Of a DNA stretch of 64,000 nt, positions 14,000 through 28,109 are shown piece by piece. A program made the translations under genes and the position numbers. The stretch spans positions 43,710,001 to 43,774,000 of the forward strand of contig NC_043013.1 of assembly GCF_006345805.1 (NCBI RefSeq), read 5' to 3'. The notes below the pieces were generated by a model. The model was not told the DNA's origin, did no database searches, and saw nothing but the letters and a program-made list of their open reading frames with translations. The stretch's first letter is position 1, and each line of letters begins with the position of its first letter. This stretch comes from Octopus sinensis. Taxonomy: Eukaryota.

Positions 14000-14246
14000 C
14001 ATAAAAAGCACCATCCGAACGTGGCCGATGCCAGACCCCTCTGGCACCTGTGCAGGTGGCACGTAAAAAGCACCCACTACACTCGCGGAGTGGTTGGTGT
14101 TAGGAAGGGCATCCAGCTGTAGAAACACTGCCAGACCAGACTGGAGCCTGGGGCAGTCCCTAGCTCCCCAGACCCCGGTCGAAACCGTCCAACCCGTGCT
14201 AGCGCGGTAAACGGACGTTAAACGATGATGATGATGATGATGATGA
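14000..14246 (+). mobile_element. SINE or short retroposon, family C, with (GAT)n tail (RTE-related)
   Basis: GGTGGCACGTAAAAAGCACCC...TTAGGAAGGGCATCCAGC...GGACGTTAAACGATGATG. Copies at 5965-6185+, 21140-21325-, 29690-29905-, 31960-32092-. Confidence 0.8.
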
Positions 14247-15600
14247 TATATATATATATACATTTATTTATTTATATATTTATTTATATATATATATCAT
14301 CATCATCATTTAACATCCATCTTCCATGCTGCCATGGGTTAGGTAGTATGACAGGGCTTGGCAAGCCAGAAAGCTGCACAAGGCTCCACTGTCTGCTTTG
14401 GCATGATTTCTATTGCTGGATGCCCTTCCTAACACCAACCACTTTACAGAATATATTTGGTGTTTTTTTGAGGGTTTTTTTACGTGGCACCAGCAGTGTT
14501 GCCAAGTAATTTGCAAGACAAAGACCCACCTCAGCTGTGGAAAGGGAGTGGTACTGAGGGAAGTGTCTTTGTGCCATTTGAGAGGTTAAAGAATAATTGA
14601 GGGATAGAAACAAGTGTCATGGCTGTAGAGGACATACTTGGCGACCCCAGCAGGAAAAGAAATGAAAAGAATGAGAAAAATAGAGAGACAGACAGAGTGT
14701 GTGAAAGAGAGAGACAGAGAGACAAGGAGAAGGAGAAAGGGAAAGAGATGGTACTGGAGATGCATTAGGACATACCCCTAGTGGGGGGAAATATAAGTTG
14801 TATAGCGGGGATTGAGCCCATGAGGGGAGAATTTAAGAGATGGAGAAGATTTTAGAGTAGCAAGTGATGGTGGGGTGTATATATAATATATATATATATA
14901 TATAATAACAAAATAATAAATAAAACATATGCATATATACATACATATATGTACGTACCTACATCTATATGTATATATACATGCATATATGGGTACAGGA
15001 CACCAAAAAATTGTCGAACACAATGAGAAACAAAAACATAAAAACAAAACCAAGGAAACGGACATTGTTTTTAAACAACGATAAAACAGAGTACAAGACA
15101 TACAACACAAGAAAAATTCCCCTTCTTCAGCCGTCTCTGTTTCGTCTACTCCGTGTTCTGAAGGTAAAGGCGAGACACGACTTCGTTGAAACAATCCTTC
15201 CCGCAAAGTAAATATATATCTTTGTTTATATCTATATTTCTTTCTATATCTATATCTATATACCTATATGTACATACATATATATGGGTGTATGTATGTG
15301 TGCATGCATGTTTGTATGTGTGTATGTATAAATATGTGTATGTGTTTGTGTGTGTGTGTGTATATATATACTGAGGGATACGTTTTGATATGATGCAGTT
15401 TACCAGAATTTTTTAATTCACGTCCAGTAAAACATTCCACTCCTAAATTCTTGTTATATTAACCGTGAAATCAAAGCACACACACACACACACACACACA
15501 AGTAAGCACGTAAATGCAAAACAATGTGAAAAAAATAGTACTCGAATACCACAGGCAGAGTAATATGCTTTTTCATTAAAGCTGCAAAAGCATCACAAAA

Positions 15601-15642
15601 AACTGCTACTCAGAGTTTCATGTTCCCATTCGTCAGACAGTT
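15601..15642 (-). ncRNA. Type I minimal hammerhead ribozyme
   Basis: aactgt-CTGACGA-atg/ggaa/cat-GAAAC-tctga-GTA-gcagtt. Confidence 0.78.
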
Positions 15643-16273
15643 GTGATCAAGACTGCAATAACACAGTGATGGCACATGGAATATATGATTTAATATAATC
15701 CAATTCAATGAATAAGCATTTGAATTTGATTGGGTAACTTATTTCCAAAACATAAACGGTGTTGTATTCGCTAACAGGGTATGTATATGTGTGTATATAC
15801 ATATATGTATTTTGTACATGTGTATATTGTCATAGATTTATATGCTTGTAGACGCAGGAGTGGCTGTGTGGTAAGTAGCTTGCTTACCAACCACATGGTT
15901 CCGGGTTCATTCCCATTGCGTGGCACCTTGGGCAAGTGTTTTCTACTATAGCCTCGGGCTCAACCAAAGCCTTGTGAGTGGATTTGTTAGTAGAAAACTG
16001 AAAGAAGCCCATCGTATATATGTATATATAATATTTTCAGCATGTGGTTTAAGCAACTTGTTGCAAAAATCCTTATTATTATAATTATATATATATATAT
16101 ATATATATCGTGACGCATATTTGCCATTTGAATATGGCTAACCCATAAGGGTGGATGCTACTGTAGTTTGTAGCCCCAGGAAGATATCTCCTCCAGCTGG
16201 CTATAGACACACTATCTGTGTCCTCTCAGTATTTGTGAAGGGGAGCCATCCTCCCCGTCTTCAACTCATGATA

Positions 16274-16318
16274 CACACGTACCCGAGTTTCAAGGTGTTT
16301 ACCTTTCATCAGCATGTG
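16274..16318 (-). ncRNA. Type I minimal hammerhead ribozyme
   Basis: cacatg-CTGATGA-aaggt/aaac/acctt-GAAAC-tcgg-GTA-cgtgtg. Canonical core with full stems I and II. Confidence 0.8.
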
Positions 16319-16804
16319 ACAATCATGGTTGTCGATGAGAAGTCAGATCCCTTCACAAATACATATACTCGCTCTGAGATTTATCATTATATATATATAT
16401 ATGTATATGTGTGTGTGTGTGTGTGTGTTTGTCCCCTCCAACATCGCTTGACAACCGATGCTGGTGTGTTTACGAGACCGATAGAATAAGTACTAGGCTT
16501 ACAAAGAATAAGTCCTGGGGTTGATTTGCTCGACTAAAGGTGGTGCTCCAGCATGGCCGCAGTCAAGTGGCTGATGCAAGTAAAAGAGTAAAAGGGGTAT
16601 GCATAGCCACATGCTAGAGCTTCAGTATTTATGGACCCGTTTCATGTTTTTGGGCCTGCTTTGTTTTCATCTCCTTCGGAGTATTCATTATAGGGCTTGC
16701 ATTGTAGGGGTTGGAAGCAGGTTTCTGCGGACTGTGTCCCAGCCAACCTCTTTACTCCTTTTGATCTCACTTTTATTCTCTTTCATTTTCTTCTCTGTCT
16801 AAAA

Positions 16805-17112
16805 CAGTGGTCCTCAACCATTTTTTATCTCTGGACTATTTTATTCTGGTGGACTTCCATAGCCATTTGATGTCTAAAAACTAGTTTTATAGATAGATAC
16901 TTCTTTCAAAATCCCTATTTTGTCTAACACACATTCACTTGTGTAAGCTGAACTATGTAAAACATTTGTGAAAGAAACTTAGCTGTTTCTTGCAATAAAT
17001 ACATCTAAAACAAAATATTTTCATGGACCCAATTTACTATTTTGCTTATGTGGACTCCCTAAATCTCATATGGGCCACAAGGGAGCATATAGACCCTGGT
17101 TGAGAAGCACTG
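16805..17112. mobile_element. hAT (Charlie-like) MITE
   Basis: CAGTGGTCCTCAACC / GGTTGAGAAGCACTG TIRs, perfect 8-bp TSD GTCTAAAA. Relatives at 40832-41093 (TSD ctatagaa/ttatagaa), ~40212-40432 and 57701-58293. Confidence 0.9.
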
Positions 17113-18112
17113 GTCTAAAACAACCTCAATCTTTATGATATAAAATTGTCCATTTTAAAATGTTAATATCTAAATTGAAAACCTTCCTTCTATGGTATCA
17201 TATCACTAATATTCTTTCACAACTATCACCCAAGCTACAACTACCACAACCACCAACACCACCACTATTACAACTATCACCATAAACACCTATTTCTTTA
17301 CTGCCCACAAGGGGTTACACACAGAGGGGACAAACAAGGACAGATAAAACGGATTAAGTTGATTATATCGACCCCAGTATGTAACTGGTACTTATTTAAT
17401 CGACCCCAAAAGGATGAAAGGCAAAGTCGACCATGGCGGAATTTGAACTCAGAACGTAGCGGCAGACGAAATACCACTAAGCATTTCGCCCAGCGTGCTA
17501 ACGTTTCTGCCAGCTCGCCGCCTTATCAACCACCAACACCACCACTATTACAACCTATTTCTTTACTACCCACAAGGGGCTAAACACAGAGAGGACAAAC
17601 AAGGACAGACAAACGGATTAAGTCAATTACATTAAGTCAATTACAGTGCGTAACTGGTACTTAATTTATCGATCCCGAAAGGATGAAAGGCAAAGTCGAC
17701 CTCGGCGGAATTCGAACTCAGAACGTAATGGCAGACGAAATACAGCTACGCATTTCGCCCGGCATGCTACACCATCAAAACCACTAACACAGTTACCACA
17801 ACTACTACCAATACTGCCACAGATACTATTACAGCTACTAATTACTACAGCATTAAAAACTCAACAACCCCAACAATGCATAACAGAACCTAAACTACAA
17901 CTACTACCACCACCACTGTTTTGCTTGACCTGCTACAATTACCACTACTACCACTAACAAAACTACAACCACCACTAGCACTGTCAAAAGTACAGCTACA
18001 AACAGAATCTTCAAAACCACAAAAACCATCATCAATTACATGATCACTAACAAAACTACATCTGACACCACAAGGAACATTCACTCTTATCACAACTGCT
18101 ACTGACACAACC

Positions 18113-18876
18113 ATGAAAGCCACAACTACAGCAATCACCACAATTACCACCAACACCACAGCTACAAGTACCCTAAGTACCACCAACACCACAGCTACAA
18201 GTACCCGAAGTACCACCAACACCACAGCTACAAGTACCCGAAGTACCACCAACACCAAAGCTACAAGTACCCCAAGTACAACTTGTACCAAAGCTACAAG
18301 TACCCCAAATACCAAGAACACCAAAGTTACAAGTACCCCAAGACCCACCTGCACCAAAGCTACAAGTACCCCAAGAACTACCAACACCAAAGCTACAAGT
18401 ACCCCAAGAACCACATGCACCAAAGCTACAAGTATCCCAAATACCACCAACACCAAAGTTACAAGTACCCTAAGAACCACCTGCACCAAAGCTACAAGTA
18501 CCCCAAGAACCACCAACAACAAAGCTACAAGTACCCCAAGAACCACCAACACCAAAGCTACAAGTACCCCAAGTACAACCCGTACCAAAGCTACAAGTAC
18601 CCTAAGTACCACCAACACCAAAGCTACAAGTACCTTAAGAACCATCTGCACCAAAACTACAAGTACCCCAAGAAACACCAACACCAAAGTTACAAGTACC
18701 CTAAGAACCACCTGCACCAAAGCTACAAGTACCCTAAGTACTACCAACACCAAAGCTACAAGTACCCCAAGAACCACCTGCACCAAAGCTACAAGTATCC
18801 CAAGTATTACCTGCACCAAAGGCACAAGTACTCCAAATACCACCAACACCAAGACTACAAGTACCCTAAGTACTAA
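18113..18876 (+). repeat. 33-bp minisatellite (~22 units), open in several frames
   Basis: Unit CACCAAAGCTACAAGTACCCCAAGAACCACCAA. Reads TTNTKATSTPR, HQSYKYPKNHQ, or a Val/Leu-rich antisense repeat. Confidence 0.9.
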
Positions 18877-18964
18877 CAACACCATCAAAACCACAACAAC
18901 TACGACCACCACCACCAACTTCAAGACTATGATTATTAGAATACCACAAGTACCACTACCAGCG

Positions 18965-19420
18965 CCATCAAAACCACAAGTACCACAACCCCACCTCCAC
19001 CACCACCACCACTATCAAAACCACAAGTACCACAACCCCACCTCCACCACCACCACCACTATCAAAACCACAAGTACCACAACCCCACCTCCACCACCAC
19101 CACCACCACTATCAAAACCACAAGTACCACAACCCCACCTCCACCACCACCACCACTATCAAAACCACAAGTACCACAACCCCACCTCCACCACCACCAT
19201 CACTATCAAAACCACAAGTACCACAACCCCACCTCCACCACCACCACCATCACTATCAAAACCACAAGTACCACAACCCCACCTCCACCACCACCACCAC
19301 TATCAAAACCACAAGTACCACAATCCCACCTCCACCACCACCACCACCATCAAAACCACATGTACCACAACCACCCCACCACCACCACCGCAACCACCAC
19401 CACCACCTTCAAAACCACAA
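18965..19420 (+). repeat. 47-bp minisatellite (~8 units)
   Basis: Unit CCACAAGTACCACAACCCCACCTCCACCACCACCACCACTATCAAAA. Length is not a multiple of 3, so the translation cycles through frames. Confidence 0.9.
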
Positions 19421-19546
19421 CTGCTACAATCATCACTAGGATGATACTTACTATCACATCATCAACAACGACCAAACCATAATAACCATCACAAACATTA
19501 CTATTGTCATTACCTCCAATAACAATACAATAACAAAAACAATAGC

Positions 19547-19580
<34 letters not shown>

Positions 19581-19745
19581 ACATCGACAGGGAAACTATA
19601 AAAATGGTATTTGGTGACAATTGACTTATTGGCTGACATTTGTTGTTGACATGTCATTACATGTATGAACTGTGTATAATAGCCAGCATCACCCTGCTGC
19701 TAACATTTCTATATACATACACACATCCATGAATACATATATGTT

Positions 19746-19815
<70 letters not shown>

Positions 19816-19976
19816 CACATACACACATATATATACATACCTACATACATATGTATATAATATTTATATATATATATATATATGTATATACCCATACACA
19901 TATATGTATACACACAACATACATAACAACACTCATACAAATATATTTATATATGCACATAAATATATATTTCTTT

Positions 19977-20009
<33 letters not shown>

Positions 20010-20941
20010 ACAAACAAACACACGCACACGCACACAAACACACACACAAACACATACACACACACACACACACATTCATACACATACAAGAGACATACAT
20101 AAATATTTGATGAGCCATCCCTTCATCTTCTCTTAATAGACAAACTTTCTCAACCATATCCAGCTACACTCTTTAAAAGCATCCACTCTCTCCTCCCTTC
20201 CCATGACTCATGTTAAATAATTTTTTTATTTATAAATACATAACTGAGACTGTCTGAGGTATTGTTTCTTTTCTCAGTACACTGGCCAGTTCTCTAGTCA
20301 TCCAGTACGTCGGGTGATAGTGTAGTCCATCTGTTCTCTGACCAACATCCACCAAATACTTCCACCGAGTGTCTGCTGTGTAACTGAATGTTGAACATCG
20401 GACTAAAAGCTTGATTTGTTTTCAGTATCAAAGAGAGACGAGTGAGTTGCATTTAATTTTGTTATTATCTTCTTCATTTTTTTTACTTGTCCGCCATTTG
20501 TCTGTGACCATGCTGGGGACACTGCTATCTTGAAGGGTTTTAGTCAAACAAATCAATCCCAGTACTTTTTTTTTTTTCCTCTTTTCCAGCGCATGGTACT
20601 TATTTTATCAGTCTGTTTTATTGAACCACTAAGTTACAGGGACATAAACAAACCAACAATTTTCTACTCTAGGCACAAGACCTGAAATTTTGGGGAAGGG
20701 AGTCAGAAGATTAGCTCAACCCCTGTATGCAACTGGTACTTAATTTATCGACCCTGAAAAGATGAACGGCAAAGTCGACCTTGGCGGAATTTGAACTCAG
20801 AATGTAAAGATAGATGAAATACTACTAAGCATTTCACCCGGTGTGCCAGTGTTTCTGCCAGCTCGCCACCTTAATAAACAAATCAACACTGGTTGTCAAA
20901 TAGTATTGGTTTGTGTTGGGAGGGAAACACACACACACACA

Positions 20942-20979
<38 letters not shown>

Positions 20980-21334
20980 CTTGATGTGAATTCATATATT
21001 GAAACAAATCATGACTTAGGAGGTTCATTATGTCTATAATTATAAACACACGCACTGGTGCATGTATTTATTATCATTGGCATAATGGACATCCCAAGCC
21101 AGCAAGATATATATATATCATCTTCATCATCATCATTATCTCATTGTTTAACGTTCGCTTTTCATGCTGGCATGGGTTAGACAGTTTGACTGAGGACTGC
21201 TGAGCCAGAGGCTGCCCCAGGCTCAATCTGATCTGGCTAAGTTTCTATAGCTGGATGCCCTTCCTAATGCCAACCACTCCAAGAGTACAGTGGGTGCTTT
21301 TACGTGCCACCAGCACAAGGGCCAGTCACATGCA

Positions 21335-22815
21335 ACATAGAGTCTGCCTTTCATTCTGAGGGAGAGGCCCTTTGTTGCCAGCAGAGGTAGAAGCTCTCTG
21401 AACTTTGCCCAGCCTATTCTTATTCTAGCAGCTATACTCCCAGAGAATCCACCTCCACTGCTGATTTCATCTCACCTTCATAACGGAAGCTATCAATTAC
21501 TTCTAGGTATCCCTCCTCGCATTTGATGGAGTCTATTTTCTTTACATTTCTAGTGTTTATTGTACCTGTACATCTGTCATACACAAAGACTATTTTCCCT
21601 ATTAACCTTCTTCGATATTACTGCACCTCTTATGTGTCCATAGCTTGCACCAGGTACATCTTATGGAGATTCTATCTACACCTTTTCTACATATCTAGCA
21701 GGACCATTCTACCTAAACGGATTTGTGACTTGTCTGCTTTCCTGCTTACTAAGATTTTGGATTTTACTAAATCAACTCTAAACCTTGCTTCCACACCTCT
21801 AAACCTTGCTTCCACACCTGGAATTTCTTCTCTAGTTCTGGTCGTGAATCAGCTATAAGAACAAGGTCAGCAGCATAGAGGAGCTCCTGGGGGCAGCCTG
21901 ACTTAAATTCCTCTGTTATTGCCTGGAGAACTATGATGAACAAGAGGGGGCTGAGGACTGATCCTTTGTGAACCCTTACTTGTACCCTGAATTCATCACT
22001 ATACTTATTGCCAATCGTCACCTTTCAGACAACCTCCCTGTAAATGCTTGTCAGCTCTCACCAACCACTCATCTATGCCTACACCCTTGTTCACCAATCA
22101 ATGCATTCATCTCCATTGCACATCCAGCAGAGCATATTAGCTTCGTTCTTCTCTGGTCATCATACGTCCTCTGCATTCAAGGCCCAAGTCTCAGTACCAT
22201 GTAGTATTGCTGTATGTACACAAGCATCATACAACCTACCTTTCACTCAGAGAGAGACCCTTGGTAACCAACAGAGGTAAAAGCTCTCTGAACTTTCTCA
22301 ATTCTTTTTTTATTCTAGCAACTATACTTTCAGAGCATCTTCCTTCACTGCTAATTGGGTCACCTAAGTAACAGAAATTATCTACTACTTCTAGGGACCC
22401 TCCAGGGCATTTGAGAAAATCAATTTCTAGTGTATCTTTAGTCTTTATGGCATTCTTGCATCAGCTAGATACAAACACTCCTTTCTCCAATAACCACTCA
22501 GTGATTCCACCGCTCTTCTTGTGTGTCCATAACTTGCACAGGGTGCACCAGATGAAATTCCTGTCTACATCCCTCATACATACTGAGCAGCACCATTTAC
22601 CTGAAGGAAGTAGGGTTCCTTATGCTTTTCTGCTTACTAGAACTTTAGTCTTTGCTAAGTTAACTTTAATGTACTTTGATAACAGGTTTTGCTTCCATAA
22701 CTGGAATCTCTTTTCTAGTTCTGTTACAGATTCCACAATGATAATAATGTCATCAGCATATAGAAGTTCCCAGGGACAATTGGTCTTAAATTCCTCTGTT
22801 ACAACCTCGAGAATG
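21335..22815 (-). mobile_element. Two degraded RTE-clade LINE RT fragments
   Basis: VRVHKGSVLSPLLFIIVLQAITEEFKSGCPQELLYAADL and CPWELLYADDII...KVNLAKTKVL, with stops and frameshifts. Confidence 0.8.
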
Positions 22816-23343
22816 GGCTCCCATACAGTCCTGGGACTATAGTAAAAAGACACCGATCCATTGTGTCATATACTGGGACAGAACCCAGAACCACATGACT
22901 GCAAAGCAAGCTTCTTAACCACACAGCCAGGCTTGTATGTTTATTCATAATAAAAAAATTTTAGCTTTAGACTTCTCAGACAATATTCTTGTTGTCTGGA
23001 TGTCCAATTTAGTTAGATGACTTCACCTTTCATTATTAGATGTACCCAGTTTGGCAGAGTCTTTTGAGCTTCAGACAAAACAGTGTAGCATTTGTACCAG
23101 CTATTTATGTTCTCTCGCTATATATAATAGGAACAGGTTTGGCTGTGTGGTAAGAACTCAGTCCCACTGCATGGCACCTCAGACAAGTGTCTTCTACTTT
23201 AGGCTCAGGCCAACCAAAACTTTGTGAGTAAATTTGGTAAAAACTGAAATAAGCCCATCATATAAATATATAGATAGATAAATACATAGATAGATAGATA
23301 GAAAGATAGTAGATAGATAGAAAGATAGAGAGTAGATAGATAG

Positions 23344-23386
<43 letters not shown>

Positions 23387-23621
23387 TAAGGCGGCAAGCT
23401 GGCAGAAACGTTAGTACACCGGGCGAAATGCTTAGTGGAATTTCATCTGCCGTTACGTTCTGAGTTCAAATTCCGCCGAGGTCAACTTTGCTTTTCATCC
23501 CTTTGGGGTCAATTAAATAAGTACTAGTTACACACTGGGGTCGATATAATTGACTTAATCCGTTTGTCTGTCCTTGTTTGTCCCTCTGTGTTTAGCCCCT
23601 TCTGGGCAGTAAAGAAATAAG

Positions 23622-23652
<31 letters not shown>

Positions 23653-23716
23653 GATAGATAGATTCATATACAAGCGTGCACACACATACATATATACACA
23701 TACACACATACATACA

Positions 23717-23748
<32 letters not shown>

Positions 23749-24517
23749 ATTAAGATTCAGTTGAATTAGGAACTTAAATTGAGGTACCTTCCCAGTTTGG
23801 TATATTGATATAAATTTGTTTAAAAAATGGCTTATCCTTTATGCTTGAAATCTATATAGTCATCTGCGTCTGAAGATAGCGGTTTCTTTCAAATTGATGT
23901 AATGTTTTCATTGATCAATTAAATGGAACCCCTTGAAACGGCTGTAGTGTATTGACACCTGTACATCCTTGTTATTTATTTACATAAATTTGTGTGTGTG
24001 TATTTCAGTCTCCTTGTCTTGACATTGCATGACAGTTGTATACTAGTGTCTTCATCATGCAAGTAGCGTCATTTGTTCTCAATCGTCCATGGAAACATGT
24101 CTGGTCAAGGAGAAACAGACAAGGGATAAAAAAAGAGAAAGGCGTCCAATTATAGCAAAAATTTGTTTCAACAAATACTGTCTGACCCATGTTTGCAAGC
24201 ATGGGTAAGTGGAAGTTAATACAACAATGTCAATGATGATAATGATGATGATGATGACAATGGTGGTGTTGGTGGTGGTTGTGGAGGTGGCGGTGGCAAC
24301 AGAGGATGATGATGATGATGATGATGATGACGACGACGATGACGATGAGGATAATGCTGACAACTCTTATCCACATGTACATACCCACACAAATACATAT
24401 ATTTAGAGATAAGTGTGTGTCATCACCATCATCATCATTTAATGCCTATTTTCCATGTTGGCATGGGTTGGACAGATTGACGGGAACAGGAAACTGGTAA
24501 GGTCAGTTATATATATG

Positions 24518-24584
<67 letters not shown>

Positions 24585-25250
24585 TTGTGTGTCTGTGTTT
24601 GTCCCCCAACATCGCTTGACAACCGATACTGGTGTGTTTGCGTCCACGTAACTTAGCCGTTCGGCAAAAGAGACTGATAGAATAAGTACTAGGCTTACAA
24701 AGAATAACTCCTGGGGTCGATTTCTTTGACTAAAGGCGGTGCCCCAGCATGGCCGCAGTCAAATGACTGAAACAAGTAAAAGGGTAAAAGAGTACATACA
24801 AACACTATGCATGCCGTGGGGGAGTGTTACAATATGGTGAAAAATCTCATACATCATACTGTAGAATTGAAGTTCATACCTTTATGCATTATTACCTGAA
24901 ATGACATAATATATGTTCAATACGATTCACATGAATAAACAACATCTTGACTTTTGCTATCAAAGATTCTATAGAGACAGCGACAATTGCCATTGATCTG
25001 AATGGATCCTATAGTTATTATTGTATTGCGTGAGTTCAAGCATAAGATCAAACCACAATATTCATCCTCAATAGACCTTGAAAAGGTGTGAGCGTGCATG
25101 TTTATAATGTGTATGTATGTATGTATATCATATATATATATATATATATATATATGTGAGTGTGTGTATGTATATATATATATATGTATAGATAGATAGA
25201 TATATATATGTATATAGATAGATAGATAGATATTGATAGATAGATAGATT

Positions 25251-25288
<38 letters not shown>

Positions 25289-25349
25289 CAGATAGACAGA
25301 CAGGAAGACAGATAGACAGACAGGAAGACAGACAGACAGACAGACAGAC

Positions 25350-25403
<54 letters not shown>

Positions 25404-25417
25404 GCAGGCAGGCAGGA

Positions 25418-25503
<86 letters not shown>

Positions 25504-25574
25504 GCAGGCAGGCAGGAAGACAGACAGACAGACAGACAGATAGATAGATAGATAGATAGATTGATTGATAGATA

Positions 25575-25786
25575 CAGAGTCTGTCAAAAATATGCATACA
25601 CACTTCCGGAAAGGAAAAAAATCTGTATAAACATTTAACTTGTGTAAGTACCTCTATAAATATAGATACCTTGTTGATGTTTTATCAAATTCTGATAAAA
25701 CTGAATAAATTGCAATAACACAAAACTTAAATATTTATATAGATATTTCCTTCCTGAAATGGGTATACATTTTTGGGCGGACTCTG
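25575..25786. mobile_element. Tc1/mariner-type MITE
   Basis: TA|CAGAGTCTGTCAAAAA ... TTTTTGGGCGGACTCTG|TA imperfect TIRs with TA TSD. Confidence 0.75.
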
Positions 25787-25816
25787 TATATATATACTGT
25801 GTATATATATATATAT

Positions 25817-25859
<43 letters not shown>

Positions 25860-25879
25860 CACATATACTCTGTATTGTG

Positions 25880-25957
<78 letters not shown>

Positions 25958-26052
25958 CACATAATACTCTGTATATGTGTATATATATATATATTATATA
26001 TATATATATATAAAGATATATATATATTATATATATATAATATATGTATATA

Positions 26053-26131
<79 letters not shown>

Positions 26132-26391
26132 TTATATATATACAATATATATATATACACATATACATAGATATATAAAAATGTATACATATATATACTT
26201 GAAGTCTGGATAGCTCCCTGGTAGTAAGCTGCTTGCGAAACCATCTAAACCCAGTCAGTATGGAAAGCAGAATTTAAATGATGATAATATGATGATGATG
26301 TACATACATACACACACACACACATATATATTATATGATGTATGTTTGTATTATAATATATGTATATATATATATATATACATATACATAC

Positions 26392-26477
<86 letters not shown>

Positions 26478-27035
26478 CGTGTGTGTGTATATATATGAAT
26501 ATATATGTATGTATAGCAACCATGCTAGCATGGAAAGCGGACACTAAACGATGATGATGTATATATGTATATGTACATATATATATGTATATATATATGC
26601 ATATACATATGTATATATATATATATATATAATATATTATAATATATATATATATATATTATATATATATATATTATACACACCACACCACGCACAGACG
26701 TGTGTAATGTCTAATCTATAATGTACATAATTGCATGTACATAATAATAGCATGTTATGAAACATAAAAAATATTCAATACATACTATTGCATGTAATGT
26801 GTGTGTATTGTAGGTCAAATAACTTTAAAAAAAAGAAAAACTCAGCTTAGTTTGTTTAGGGCATCACCACTAAGGCCATACTGGAGCAACACATTCACTG
26901 CTGACAGCAGTTCTCTGATGTATGTGCTGGGTTTCAATTTGTCGAAGCAGTTATATGTATATTTAGTATAACAAAATGATTTTGTCAGCCGAGGTAGGAG
27001 TGGCAGATCTATCCTGGTTACATCTTTTGCCTGCT

Positions 27036-27074
<39 letters not shown>

Positions 27075-27133
27075 TGTGTATCATCACCATCATCATCATC
27101 TCATCATATAAAGTTCACTTTATACATACATAC

Positions 27134-27166
<33 letters not shown>

Positions 27167-27234
27167 TGTGTCTGTATGTATGTGTGTATGTATGTGTTTA
27201 TGTATGTATGTCTATGTATATATAGGGATATAGA

Positions 27235-27275
<41 letters not shown>

Positions 27276-27277
<2 letters not shown>

Positions 27278-27634
27278 TCATTTAGAGATAGTAGGCCCCT
27301 TCATCTCACCATATTAAAAAAGAATTTTAATTTAAATACTTACTACTTTATTATTTGGACACACGTGTTTCATGAGGTACATTTCACGGTTCCTAAACCA
27401 TTCATAGTTTGATACTAAAATATAGTTTATAGTATCGAACTATGAGTAAGTGAGAAAGGGGCCTGATGATTGGGGTTACACTTTAAGAATGGTTCCAGCA
27501 AAACACAGAGTGGTTTAGGAACCGGGAAATATACCTCATGAAACACGTGTAGCCAAATAATAAAGTAGTAAGTATTTAAATTAAAATTCTTTTTTTATAT
27601 GGTGAGATGAAGGGGCCTACTATCACTAAATGAA
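27276..27634. mobile_element. Foldback Penelope-like terminal fragment: ~125-bp inverted arms with a hammerhead motif
   Basis: 27276-27401 is the near-perfect reverse complement of 27511-27634. ggc-CTGATGA...GAAAC-acgt-GTA-gcc at 27460-27554. Confidence 0.7.
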
Positions 27635-27805
27635 AAAAAATATATATTTCCTCATTGAGAATAATTTGAAACCCCTGTTATGCCAGAATTTTTATTCCCT
27701 AACTAATAAAATTATATATATATATATATATAATGAAGTGTTTTTGTTATCAAGTCATGCTAGTACTACATAAATGCAATTCTGAAAATTATAAGCTATA
27801 TATAC

Positions 27806-27875
<70 letters not shown>

Positions 27876-28109
27876 TATATATACATACATATGCATGTAT
27901 AATGTATATATACATACATATTCTGATCAATAAATATGCAGATTGTTGCCATAGTAATGAAGCTAACGCACACAGAGCAAACTGCCTGGTACAGATTCAC
28001 CTTGAACTCTGCTGTACATGTGCACTAAGTTTTAACGTTCTAGCTCACTTCTGCTGTTTACAGCAGTGCTTAGAAGGAAGGTGTGTAGCGTGTGATCATC
28101 ACATTGACC

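Noticed and set aside
17890-18924. 344-aa Val/Leu-rich membrane-like ORF on the minus strand
   Set aside because: It is the antisense shadow of the 33-bp repeat, with no start context or splice signals.
18140-19420. CRISPR-like array
   Set aside because: The repeats are contiguous with no unique spacers, there are no cas genes, and the context is eukaryotic.
18113-19444. 443-aa mucin-like ORF as a bona fide gene
   Set aside because: No signal peptide, the 47-bp repeat half cycles through all three frames, and unit variation is non-synonymous in this frame. Not called as a CDS.
24880-25080. Exon-like unique segment on the minus strand ([17 protein letters not shown]...)
   Set aside because: There is a stop before the donor-like site, no recognisable domain and no partner exons.
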